Sequence record: NC_055733.1
DNA length: 64,000 bases
Reading direction: 5' to 3' (one strand)
The number at the start of each line of letters is the position of its first letter. Position 1 is the stretch's first letter. Below are positions 31,789 through 40,577 of this stretch, piece by piece. The notes beneath the pieces are model-generated. The model made no database searches. It saw only the letters and a program-made list of their open reading frames with translations, and was not told where the DNA came from. Position numbers and translations under genes: made by a program.

Positions 31789-31876
31789 TGGAGGAGAAAG
31801 TGGGATTCGAACCCACGGACCCTTGCGGGCCTACGAATTAGCAATCCGATACGTTCGGCCTCTCTGTCATTTCTCC
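31789..31876 (-). tRNA. trnS: tRNA-Ser(GCT)
   Basis: Loop TTGCTAA, long variable arm, CCA. Confidence 0.92.
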
Positions 31877-32232
31877 GTATTCTTTGATGTATTCGGCAAC
31901 TCGTTTAATCTGTTCCCATTGAGAATCAGTAACACGCTGACCGGATAACACGAACGAGGCTCTTACATTTTCCTCGATCTCTTTCTTTAAGCTTTGCAAT
32001 AGTGAGTGCCTCTTCGAACAAAACCACCAAAATCTTTCTGACCAATGCAGTGAACACCGCGAGTAACTTTAATCAGTCCAAGCTTTAGCAGCTTTTCGAT
32101 TTGTTGATTGGTACATCTGGCATCACCTTGAGTAGTAGCGAAACCGTATGAATCAGCTTTATCAGCGAAACGGGATGCCAGCTCAAGATCTTGTTTTGTT
32201 GCTTTCATGATATAACTCTCTATTGTTTGATT

Positions 32233-32327
32233 TGGCGGAAGCGATCCGATTCGAACGGATGGACGAGGGGATACCTCGCCGTCAGTTTTCAAGACTGGTG
32301 CAATAAGCCGGACTCTGCCACGCTTCC
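32233..32327 (-). tRNA. trnS: tRNA-Ser(TGA)
   Basis: Loop CTTGAAA, long variable arm, G73, CCA. Confidence 0.93.
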
Positions 32328-32467
32328 AAATTCTTCGACACGGCTTTATGTCGTCATGACTCTTGAACATTACGTTCTGGCTACATACGCGCATCACCTT
32401 CCCGTTTGATAATTTAACGAGTTACGGGAATCATAGCAGCTCATTTTTAGCCTTTGCAAGCTAAATT

Positions 32468-32543
32468 TGGCGGGGGTAACTGGGCTCGAACCAGTGCATG
32501 ACGGAATCAAAGTCCGTTGCCTTACCAACTTGGCTATACCCCT
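32468..32543 (-). tRNA. trnQ: tRNA-Gln(TTG)
   Basis: ACGGA-CTTTGAT-TCCGT; CCA. Confidence 0.93.
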
Positions 32544-32555
32544 ATAAACTGGGAC

Positions 32556-32638
32556 GAATATGAACGTTTAACGTGGATCATCGTCTTATCTTTCGGACAA
32601 CGTATTTCTACGGCCTACTAAGGTAACTCCACATATTC
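32556..32638 (-). ncRNA. Candidate multi-junction small RNA
   Basis: GAATATG/CATATTC and TGGA/TCCA close a junction holding GNRA-type hairpins (CGTA-GAAA-TACG). Confidence 0.5.
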
Positions 32639-32831
32639 AAACGATGCAACGCTTGAATCAATTCAAAGAACTCTATATTAGAATACTTTGAAATGATCCA
32701 CAAGTGAATCACTCGCCCCTTAAATCGCATCACCGATCAAATCGGGAGAGGGAATTTTCAGCTGGACTTCTAACAAAGTTTCCTAGGACATCGTTAGCAT
32801 TCTCTTTAACAGGCCTTTGCAGGCAACTCTG

Positions 32832-32905
<74 letters not shown>

Positions 32906-32920
32906 AATATTCTTATAAAA

Positions 32921-33034
32921 TGGGGCGCTAAGGTAGAGAATCGAACTCTACATGAAATCAATACCGACGGGGCAATCTATATCCCGACTTTCGAGAAGCT
33001 ATCTCATTGCACTTAAAAGCATTAGCGATTTCAC
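32921..33034 (-). ncRNA. tRNA-like RNA with T arm and CCA but a non-tRNA core
   Basis: GTAGAG-TTCGATT-CTCTAC, CGCTAA/TTAGCG terminal pairing, 3' CCA, and two internal hairpins. Confidence 0.65.
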
Positions 33035-33052
33035 CTTTCAAAGCGATTAAAC

Positions 33053-33128
33053 TGGTGCGCCGAACTGGAATCGAACCAGTGACCAACGGAATTTCAACCC
33101 GTCACTCTACCTGCTGAGTTATCGACGC
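33053..33128 (-). tRNA. trnF: tRNA-Phe(GAA)
   Basis: ACGGG-TTGAAAT-TCCGT; CCA. Confidence 0.93.
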
Positions 33129-33136
33129 AAAATTTG

Positions 33137-33211
33137 TGGGTGACGGACGGGCTTCGAACCCGTGACTACCAGGATCACAACCTGGAGTTCTACCAACTGA
33201 ACTACCGCCAC
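33137..33211 (-). tRNA. trnH: tRNA-His(GTG)
   Basis: CCAGG-TTGTGAT-CCTGG, C73; the base at -1 is T, not G. Confidence 0.9.
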
Positions 33212-33292
33212 ATAAATGATCACTCGAAAGAAAGCATTTATGTAACGAGTTACACACCAGATGCTACAAACGGGGCATCTGGATCCCTCTTA

Positions 33293-33377
33293 TGGTGCTC
33301 GGCACAAGATTCGAACTTGCGATGCCTTTCGGTCTGGATTACAAAACCAGTGCATTCAACCACTCTGCCAACCGAGC
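33293..33377 (-). tRNA. trnY: tRNA-Tyr(GTA) copy 1
   Basis: Loop TTGTAA in stem CTGG/CCAG, long variable arm, CCA. Confidence 0.9.
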
Positions 33378-33386
33378 GTTTTAAAT

Positions 33387-33478
33387 TGGTGGATGCGGTA
33401 GGATTCGAACCTACAACGTTTACCCTGTGGGGCCAGATTTACAGTCTGGTGCAATACCACCGTCATTGCAGCACATCC
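33387..33478 (-). tRNA. trnY: tRNA-Tyr(GTA) copy 2
   Basis: CCAGA-CTGTAAA-TCTGG, long variable arm, CCA. Confidence 0.92.
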
Positions 33479-33503
33479 ATTATTCGTTATTTAGTACGCT
33501 AAG

Positions 33504-33577
33504 AAGCGAGTACCTGATTCGAACAGGTGATCTCTGGGATATGAGCCCAGCGAGGACGGCCTCTCCTCCAACTCGCA
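33504..33577 (-). tRNA. trnfM: Initiator tRNA-fMet(CAT)
   Basis: Three consecutive G-C pairs (CTGGG/CCCAG) and an unpaired 1:72 position; no CCA. Confidence 0.85.
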
Positions 33578-33597
33578 TCTTAGCGCACTAATCAATT

Positions 33598-33673
33598 TGG
33601 TTCTCCGTATGGAATTCGAATCCATGTTACCGCCGTGAAAGGGCAGTGTCCTAGTCCACTAGACGAACGGAGA
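33598..33673 (-). tRNA. trnE: tRNA-Glu(TTC)
   Basis: CTGCC-CTTTCAC-GGCGG; CCA. Confidence 0.92.
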
Positions 33674-33677
33674 TCTG

Positions 33678-33917
33678 TCAGTAAGCGAAACTAAACAATC
33701 GTCTTTGTTTTGCTTTTAAGTCTTCTTCGACAACAGGAACATTATCACATGTTTCCGCAGTAGAGTAAACATCTTTTTGTTTTTCTTTTTCAGCGGCTTC
33801 CGCAGCTTTCTTTCTAGCAAGTGGACCAACGTTTTTCCACAAAGGCGCGTTGTACCATGCTGCACTACATTGATTCGCTGAGCCACGATTGGCACGAGCG
33901 TCTAAATCATTACTCAT
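33678..33917 (-). CDS. Small late-promoter ORF
   Basis: GGAG RBS and ACTAAATA motif at ~33944-33951. Confidence 0.55.
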   Translation of the reverse strand: MSNDLDARANRGSANQCSAAWYNAPLWKNVGPLARKKAAEAAEKEKQKDVYSTAETCDNVPVVEEDLKAKQRRLFSFAY

Positions 33918-33960
33918 TTACTAACTCCGTCTAAATTACAACAGTATTTAGTAACCAAAT

Positions 33961-34086
33961 TTAAATGCACTGTCGCGATCCCCGTAGGTGGTTCCCACCT
34001 ACTAGCCTTTGTTCGCACAAGCTTGCGGCTCTTAGCTACATACGAGGGCTTATCTCGTCCCATTTAGGTTAGGGCAATGCACTTAA
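33961..34086 (-). ncRNA. Candidate ~125-nt multibranch RNA
   Basis: Terminal TTAAGTGCATTG/CAGTGCATTTAA stem; internal ACGAG/CTCGT, TAGC/GCTA and GTAGGTGG-GAA-CCACCTAC stems. Confidence 0.6.
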
Positions 34087-34089
34087 ATT

Positions 34090-34163
34090 TGGTGGAGACG
34101 GCGGGATTTCCACCCGTATCTCAGATCCCAGTGACCTGCGATTATGAAGTTATCTACGTCCCC
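34090..34163 (-). ncRNA. 74-nt tmRNA-TLD-like / Ala-identity mini-RNA
   Basis: GGGGACG/CGTCTCC with G3-U70, A73 and CCA; no D stem; CAGGTC/GATCTG stem; degenerate T loop TGGAAAT. Confidence 0.65.
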
Positions 34164-34210
34164 GAGAAGGCTTAAACGTAACGAGTCAGAGGTTTAAGCG
34201 CGATTGAATT

Positions 34211-34285
34211 TGGTGGTGCATAGTAGATTTGAACTACTGACCGACGGCGTATGAAACCGCAGCTCTACCACTGAGCTAATGCACC
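34211..34285 (-). tRNA. trnM: tRNA-Met(CAT), elongator type
   Basis: Loop TTCATAC, canonical arms, CCA. Confidence 0.85.
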
Positions 34286-34477
34286 AGACGGTATCAAGAG
34301 TCGATACCGAGGCAATAATATTGATTTAACTCATACTACCGCTATATAGGCCGCAGTATAAGAAGCGCGTTGGTGTCAATAGTAACGTTTAAGTTATTCG
34401 CCCCACACAACAATCACCGCTTTTTATAGCCTATCGCCACGCAATAAGCAATCTACCTATTGATTGACTCGACTATT

Positions 34478-34554
34478 TGGTGAGTCGCCCGAGATTCGAA
34501 CTCGGGACCTTCTGATTAAAAGTCAGATATTCTATCCAACTGAATTAGCGACTC
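34478..34554 (-). tRNA. trnK: tRNA-Lys(TTT)
   Basis: TCTGA-CTTTTAA-TCAGA; CCA. Confidence 0.95.
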
Positions 34555-34560
34555 ATTGTT

Positions 34561-34635
34561 TGGCAGGGCGCGGGAGACTCGAACTCACATCGCGCGGTTT
34601 TGGAGACCGGCATAATACCGTTATACTAACGCCCT
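34561..34635 (-). tRNA. trnW: tRNA-Trp(CCA)
   Basis: CGGT-CTCCAAA-ACCG, G73, CCA. Confidence 0.92.
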
Positions 34636-34814
34636 AGAATTCTTACCAGCTATCAAAATCTGTAATAGGAACGCTCTTTGCGCCTTCTTTGACAGCTTTC
34701 GCACTTACTACAGTACCGATTGAACCGCTTTGATATTCAATGTTTCGTGCATCTGCATGAGTTCCATCATACGCTGTAATTCGGTAACTGAAAATCTTAC
34801 AATCATTTTTGCAC

Positions 34815-35414
34815 CTACACAATAGGACTTTCGATTATGACGTCAAGAACGGAATAATACGTGCTGTATTCCGAACTCATATCATCGTAATATGCGCGAA
34901 CTTTGCTTTCGGCATCGTCTACGTCTTCCGCTTCTACCAACTTAATGGTATCGAATGACTTAGAGGAACCCATGTATTCGCTTTTCATATAACGTATCTT
35001 AGCAAGAAACATCATCGTTGTAAACTACCTTTTAGCCGCTAGTTTGAAATATTCGCTGTTCGGTACCGACATCGGTTGAACACCAGTTAACTCAAGAGCT
35101 ATTAAACTCGGCATAGCTTTGAGGATAAGAGGCATCTGTATCTTATCAGGCAACGGACGCTTTTCAAGTTTGATTTTTCGAATCTCTTGCCACTGATTCC
35201 GTTCTTCGCAGGCTTTCAGTAGCTCAAGTTCTAAGTCATTGCTATAGTTAACACCATACGCGATTACGCTATCAAATTCAACTGGATTTTGATCAACATA
35301 CTCGATGATCTGCCGTAAAGTTTCGACGTCATCTTGAAACCAACCGCAGTTGATAAAACAATTTCCGACACAATCGCCGTTCTTCATGAACAGCGCATAA
35401 CTAGGTGCGCTCAT
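34815..35414 (-). CDS. Two small hypothetical ORFs inside the tRNA cluster
   Basis: 34815..35015 and 35025..35414, with RBSs. Confidence 0.55.
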
Positions 35415-35429
35415 ATTTTATTTCTCATT

Positions 35430-35504
35430 TGGAGTACCGAGTCTGGTTCGAACAGACGATAAAGTGATTTGCAATCACTTGCCTTACCTCTTGGCTATCG
35501 GCAC
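35430..35504 (-). tRNA. trnC: tRNA-Cys(GCA)
   Basis: AGTGA-TTGCAAA-TCACT, U73, CCA. Confidence 0.93.
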
Positions 35505-35511
35505 GTTAATC

Positions 35512-35584
35512 TGGAGCGAGTGAGGAGAATCGAACTCCCTATCTACGGCTTGGAAGGCCGAGCGCGTACCTTACGCACACTCGC
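35512..35584 (-). tRNA. trnG: tRNA-Gly(TCC)
   Basis: CGGC-CTTCCAA-GCCG, U73, CCA. Confidence 0.9.
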
Positions 35585-36203
35585 TTTTACAACTTTTTAT
35601 GTGTTTGATCATTCCACCAGTTTTCTTACCGGTTCTACCGCATTTTGGACACGATATAATTGGTCTATTATCTGGTGCGTTTTTGACCGACTCTGAAATT
35701 TTTCTTCTAGTTTCTTCACTTTTTGGCAAACTGGCAATTTTAGCAAGTTTCTCGAAGTGAAGTTTAGCATTTTCTGGATCTTTACGAACCCAGCTATTAC
35801 TTCGTATTTTATTTTTGGATTCTTCCGAATGTCGGAATTTACTAGCCATTTCACTTAATATTTTCTTGGTTTCTTCTGTGTGATGTTTACCGTGAAATTT
35901 CGAAACAGCTCCAGAGTTTATCCAATCCCACCCGCCTTCTCCACCAATCTTCAAATTGTATGTATCATCGCGGCCTACAAAATCACTGTCAACAATTTCA
36001 CGTTCTTTGAGATACATTTCTTCCTTTGTCTGGAATTCGTAAAGTATCTCCTTTTTGAAGTTATCAATCCCGTATTTGGAAATAGATAGTTTCAAATGTT
36101 TACCGGAGCCCATATACCCATCATTTTCATCTGATGTCTTATGTGCGCCTATGTAGAATTTGCCGTTTATTTTGTTGGTGATTTTATAAATTAAGTATTT
36201 CAT
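35571..36203 (-). mobile_element. Freestanding GIY-YIG (Seg-type) homing endonuclease
   Basis: LIYKITNKINGKFYIG.H...DGYMGSG...KYG..NF.KEIL; NUMOD3-like HTEETKKILSE repeats. Confidence 0.9.
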
Positions 36204-36260
36204 CGGAACTCCAAAAAAGGAATACCGAGCGCCTCACGGCGTGTCATTAAATCAAAAATT

Positions 36261-36334
36261 TGGTGGAGCACGGGGACTCGAACCCCGGATCTCTGCGTGC
36301 AAAGCAGAAGTGTTCCCAATTATACCATGACCCC
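36261..36334 (-). tRNA. trnA: tRNA-Ala(TGC)
   Basis: TCTGC-TTTGCAC-GCAGA, G3-U70, CCA; the 3' acceptor strand is one base short. Confidence 0.85.
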
Positions 36335-36344
36335 AAATTCTAAT

Positions 36345-36550
36345 AGATACTCGAAAGTATACATTAGAATAGGCACTTTATGCAAGTACCTACGCAAGTC
36401 TTCGGATTCACATACGGGAGTGGTGACTAACCCACGTTACTTTTACCTGCTGTTCCCTCTCAGCCGCACATCCAACTACCGAAGCAAAGGAGTGCTATCT
36501 TTTAATAGTAGATTTGAAGTTTTGTATTGGTTGCAGAAGTGAATCCATAC
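36345..36550 (-). ncRNA. Candidate ~150-200-nt structured RNA
   Basis: Long-range GGATTCAC/GTGAATCC helix enclosing several hairpins; no ORF on the sense strand. Confidence 0.55.
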
Positions 36551-36609
36551 ATTTTCAAAGAGCATTGAACTACTGTCGGGTAAGTTCATTTTTCCTACTA
36601 GGTAGAAAC

Positions 36610-36686
36610 TGGCAGTGACGACGGGGCTCGAACCCGCGCTCTCCGACGTGACAGGCCGGAATTTTAACCAACTAAACTACGTCACT
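36610..36686 (-). tRNA. trnD: tRNA-Asp(GTC)
   Basis: CCGGC-CTGTCAC-GTCGG, G73, CCA. Confidence 0.93.
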
Positions 36687-36692
36687 AGAAAC

Positions 36693-36767
36693 TGGTAGCC
36701 ATGGGCAGGCTTGAACTGCCGACCCCACCCTTATCAGGGGTGTGCTCTACCACTGAGCTACATGGCT
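36693..36767 (-). tRNA. trnI: tRNA-Ile(GAT)
   Basis: CACCC-CTGATAA-GGGTG; CCA. Confidence 0.95.
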
Positions 36768-36804
36768 ATAAACTGGAAGACTTTTAACTGCCACCTGGAC
36801 TCTT

Positions 36805-36887
36805 GTGCTAGAGAGTTGAGGAATCGAACCTCACCGTTTTCTTAACAATAGAAAATTCGAATGGTTTGCTGAAATCTTCCGTAGCAC
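36805..36887 (-). ncRNA. Degenerate tRNA-like RNA (T arm, no D arm, GTT-containing hairpin)
   Basis: GTGCTA/TAGCAC ends, TGAGG-TTCGATT-CCTCA, TTTTCT-ATTGTTA-AGAAAA. Confidence 0.55.
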
Positions 36888-36903
36888 GGTAAATTGTTAT
36901 TTG

Positions 36904-36977
36904 CGGAGGAGACCGGACTCGAACCGGTGACCTGTCGCTTAACAGGCGAATGCTCTAACCAACTGAGCTACACCTCC
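36904..36977 (-). tRNA. trnN: tRNA-Asn(GTT)
   Basis: TCGC-CTGTTAA-GCGA, G73; no CCA. Confidence 0.92.
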
Positions 36978-37074
36978 CAAATAACAACTCTAATCAATAA
37001 GAAACGGAATGAACTTTTAGGCTATTTCAATATAATGGCTTTTTAAGTTGGTTGCTGAACTCATTCCTATCTTT

Positions 37075-37290
37075 GTTTACTATACACTACTATTTAGTGA
37101 CTGTAAACAAAGCTTCTTAAATTTTTGACAGGCTCACTTTTGTTTTTCATCCGCAGAAAAGTTTTGATTGCTGAACGGAGCCTTATAAAGATTGTATCAC
37201 GTTTTATCAACGCTGTAAACTATCTTTTATTTATGCTCTACTTTAAGAGCATGTGATAATGATAGCACAGTGTTTTAATAGAGTAAACAA
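37075..37290 (-). promoter_or_regulatory. Three tandem T4-early-type promoters driving the tRNA cluster
   Basis: GTTTAC(A/T)-N17 followed by TATAGT (~37080), TACAAT (~37192) and TATCAT (~37259); the first also contains ACTAAATA. Confidence 0.8.
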
Positions 37291-37324
37291 TCTTTTTCTC
37301 GATATCCCACACATTGTTTCATGC

Positions 37325-37525
37325 TACTGCCGGTTGAGTCCGAAGACCGAATAAGGGTTCACTTCCACGTTAGGTTTACGGCATACCGAGAAAAAGACAG
37401 TCCGCATCACAGTGTTAGCGCAAGGGGTTCCACTGTCACTAAGTTATTTAGTGTCTACTGTCAACCAGCTAGGTGGGCGCTGGTCCCGTCCATACGAGCA
37501 TGATGCCACCAATACATGCTCGGAA
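37325..37525 (-). ncRNA. Candidate ~200-nt structured RNA with possible kissing loops
   Basis: CGAGCATG/CATGCTCG, ACCAGC/GCTGGT, GACAGT/ACTGTC and GGTC-TTCG-GACT stems; loop complementarity GGTGG/CCACC. Confidence 0.6.
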
Positions 37526-37556
37526 AGATCTTACGGTTTTTCAAATCTCGAAATCT

Positions 37557-39781
37557 TTACTTGTCGTAATAATATGGCTTGCATTGACCTTCGAACTTGG
37601 TTTGACCACCGAACAATCCAACGCGATTCTCGCCATATGTATCTTGTGCATTTTCCTCCGCGACTTTCAGCGCGGCTCTGCATTCTGCTTCGGTGTCGAA
37701 CTTCTCAATTGTATGGCTATGTGAGCCATAATTGGTACCAAAGTTAACGAACAACGAAGTAATCAACAAGAACTTAATCATAACATCACCTATTGGCATT
37801 GTAAACTTATTTAGTATCGCAGGAATACACTTCTTTCACGCGAGTTACAGAACGTTTGGTAACGTTAATGGAGCTACCCTGATACCAGCGAGACTCAGAG
37901 TCCAGCACTTTGTCAACAACTGCCTCAGACTTAGGCAGAATCACATCAAAGCAGGTTTGTCCCATTTTGTCTTTCATGTGCGACCAGATAGACAGCGAGA
38001 AACGTTCGAGTTTGTTACAGACTTTTACCTTGCACATTTCTTCGGACTGAGCGCCGAAAGATAACAGCGCGAGCAGAATTACGGCAGCTTTCATTCTTCA
38101 ATCTCCACAACTCGATTTGTTTTTACAAGATGATCCCACAGCTTTTGATAAGAGATTGAATAATCTTCTTTATCGTTGCAGCAAGAACAGCCTTGTTCAT
38201 AGTAAACGGTGATCCAGTTCATGTCAAGCTTATAGCCACATCCGTAGAAATGACGACTACCGTGACTGGGTTTACCCAGCTCATAGTTTACGACCTCTTC
38301 CAGTGCGGTATCAATACCGTCAGAATCGATGAAGTCTTCCGCCGCGTCTTGCTTACGCAAAGCGTCCATAAAGTCAAACAGATTATCAATGTTCATGATT
38401 ATTTCTCACAATTAACACACATATAAAAAGGCATTGATGCTGCAACGGCACCACTAATGGTAAGACCATACGGGAGAAAATTGCCACATTTGCATTTTGA
38501 TTGCTTTCGATAGTTGACTTTCTCAACAGAACGAATCATAACACGGCACAACGATTGAAGCAAGAACTTATTCATTTTATTTTCCTCATTAGCCATAGTA
38601 ATACGTTATCGCATTAATATGGCGGCTCTTTCGAGCCACCTTTTAGAAATCGGGCCATTCGTCTCTCACGATTAGACCCCCCCCTTGAACTCCACGATAT
38701 TTGAAATCTCGTTGAACTCACCGTACTTCTGCATTGACGGAACAATGTTGCCATTCTCGTCATGAATCAGATCTGGATTTTCTTTCCAGCTACCGACTGG
38801 ATACATGTATTCTGACACAGCATCCGAATTCAAGTCAACAACTAATTTCGGACTGATTTTTAGTGGGTATTCGCGAGTCTGATCATTCTCAGCACCAGCT
38901 ACCACAATTCGAGTCATCAGATCGGCATGATACAGATGATCGTTGTCCTGACTGCCGTATTGTTGTGGGTTAAACTCGATGATGAGTTCACACAACATGC
39001 TAACAAACTTACGGAGTCCGATATGCAGATCTGCATTAGCAGCGGTGAGTTTAATAACAAGGTTTGTCAAGTTGTTTTTAGAGTAAGGACCCATTCCTAC
39101 ATTGACAACGCTATCATATTCCCAGGAGAAACCCATACTGAGATATTCATTGAACAGATCCTTTCTCAGTTCATCACGAATGATCTCTGGCTCCTTCTCG
39201 ATTTCTTCCAGTCTAAAAGTGAGTTCTTCTTTAGTCAAGCGTTTTTTATCTGGATCACGAATTGCAAGCCTGGCGAAAGTATCGCGGATCTCTTTATGCG
39301 ACTTGATAGCGTAGTCTTTGTTCCATGATTGTTCCAATTTGCGGTCATATTCTGCTACCATCAGATCATAGACTTTCCGCTTGATTACCATGAACATAAC
39401 TGGAGATTTCTTTGCACCGCTGAATGAGAAAGCTGGCTGAATATACAAAGCTTCTTCGTGCATCAAGTCCTGATATGACAGCTTTTTCGGATCGAATAGA
39501 TCATCAATGTTAACATTACGTTCTTCGTCACAAACGATATAAGTCTTTACCATGTCTTGGAACGCTTGGTATGCGTCGTTATCTTCGATCTCGAAGTTAC
39601 CATAGTCATCATATGTCGCATACATCGGAAGATGCATAGCGAGCTGGTATCGATCCCAGTTATAGCAACCAGGTGCGGCTGGAATAGTTTCTCCGTTACA
39701 AACGAGTGCCAGCAGAACAACCGGTTCGCCACATGTAACGATATGACGACTAACGCCACAAATAGTATTGAAAGAACCCAC
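37557..39781 (-). CDS. Hypothetical ORFs (two exported small proteins, 38091..38396, 38399..38596, 369-aa 38672..39781)
   Basis: Signal peptides in 37557.. and 37807..; co-oriented. Confidence 0.55.
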
Positions 39782-39836
39782 GTAATTTTCCCTTGATTAG
39801 GTTACAAAAAAGCCCCAGTTAAGGGGCTTATGATAA

Positions 39837-40226
39837 TTAAGCGATAGCTTCCAGAACAGCTTCCAGAGATTCTTCGATCATGACGCGATTCGGTACGTCA
39901 TACTCGGAAGTGCGGAAACTCAGAAGAACTTCACCGTGAATGTTCTCATGCAGACCAACGATCTTGTCGGCACCAACTACGAACTTCGCAATGCCACGAT
40001 GTTCAACCGGAGTAACAACAGCGCGTTTGATGTAGCAATCTTTCAGTTTCAGCGCCAGATCTTCGAAACGCTCGGCAACAGTATACACAGTCGGCAGTTG
40101 ACCGTCAACTTTTACAGTCAGCAGAGTCTTACCAGAATGCAGCTTTACCAGACCAACAACTTTCTCGGAGTTGACTACGAAACGGGTGATTTTACCAGCT
40201 ACAGGGGATACAACAAAACGGGACAT
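39837..40226 (-). CDS. Protein of two tandem FlbD-like repeats
   Basis: Internal duplication: FVVNSEKVVGL...TVAERFEDL / FVVGADKIVGL...IEESLEAV. Confidence 0.55.
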   Translation of the reverse strand: MSRFVVSPVAGKITRFVVNSEKVVGLVKLHSGKTLLTVKVDGQLPTVYTVAERFEDLALKLKDCYIKRAVVTPVEHRGIAKFVVGADKIVGLHENIHGEVLLSFRTSEYDVPNRVMIEESLEAVLEAIA

Positions 40227-40492
40227 TTTAGTTCCTTAAACAGTGATAGAAAATACATGCTGGTCATTCTCAATGATTCCAGCGTTGTTGTCAACGAAAA
40301 TTTCAAAATTCATTTCCTTTGACGCTTCGATGTGAGCTTTCGCAGCTTCTAATGCCACTACACTCGGGTATTCCGAACGATTTCCAGCGAAAATACAGAT
40401 GCCGTTTAGACCATAAACACGTCCACTAAAGCTTCCGTCTTCATCTTGGTCCAGTATACAGACAAGTTTCAACGTGTCAACCTCTTTTCGTT

Positions 40493-40577
40493 TGGTGGGG
40501 ATAGTGGGACTCGAACCCACACGTCCGAAGACTTGGGATTTTAAATCCCCCGCGGCTACCGATTACGCCATATCCCC
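40493..40577 (-). tRNA. trnL: tRNA-Leu(TAA)
   Basis: GGGA-TTTAAAA-TCCC, long variable arm, CCA. Confidence 0.93.

Noticed and set aside
32690-32810. Additional ncRNA between tRNA-Pro and tRNA-Gln
   Set aside because: Only short scattered hairpins, with no convincing closing helix by eye.
33961-34163. Full-length tmRNA
   Set aside because: There is no mRNA-like domain, tag ORF or pseudoknot series between the TLD halves; it is kept only as a TLD-like mini-RNA.
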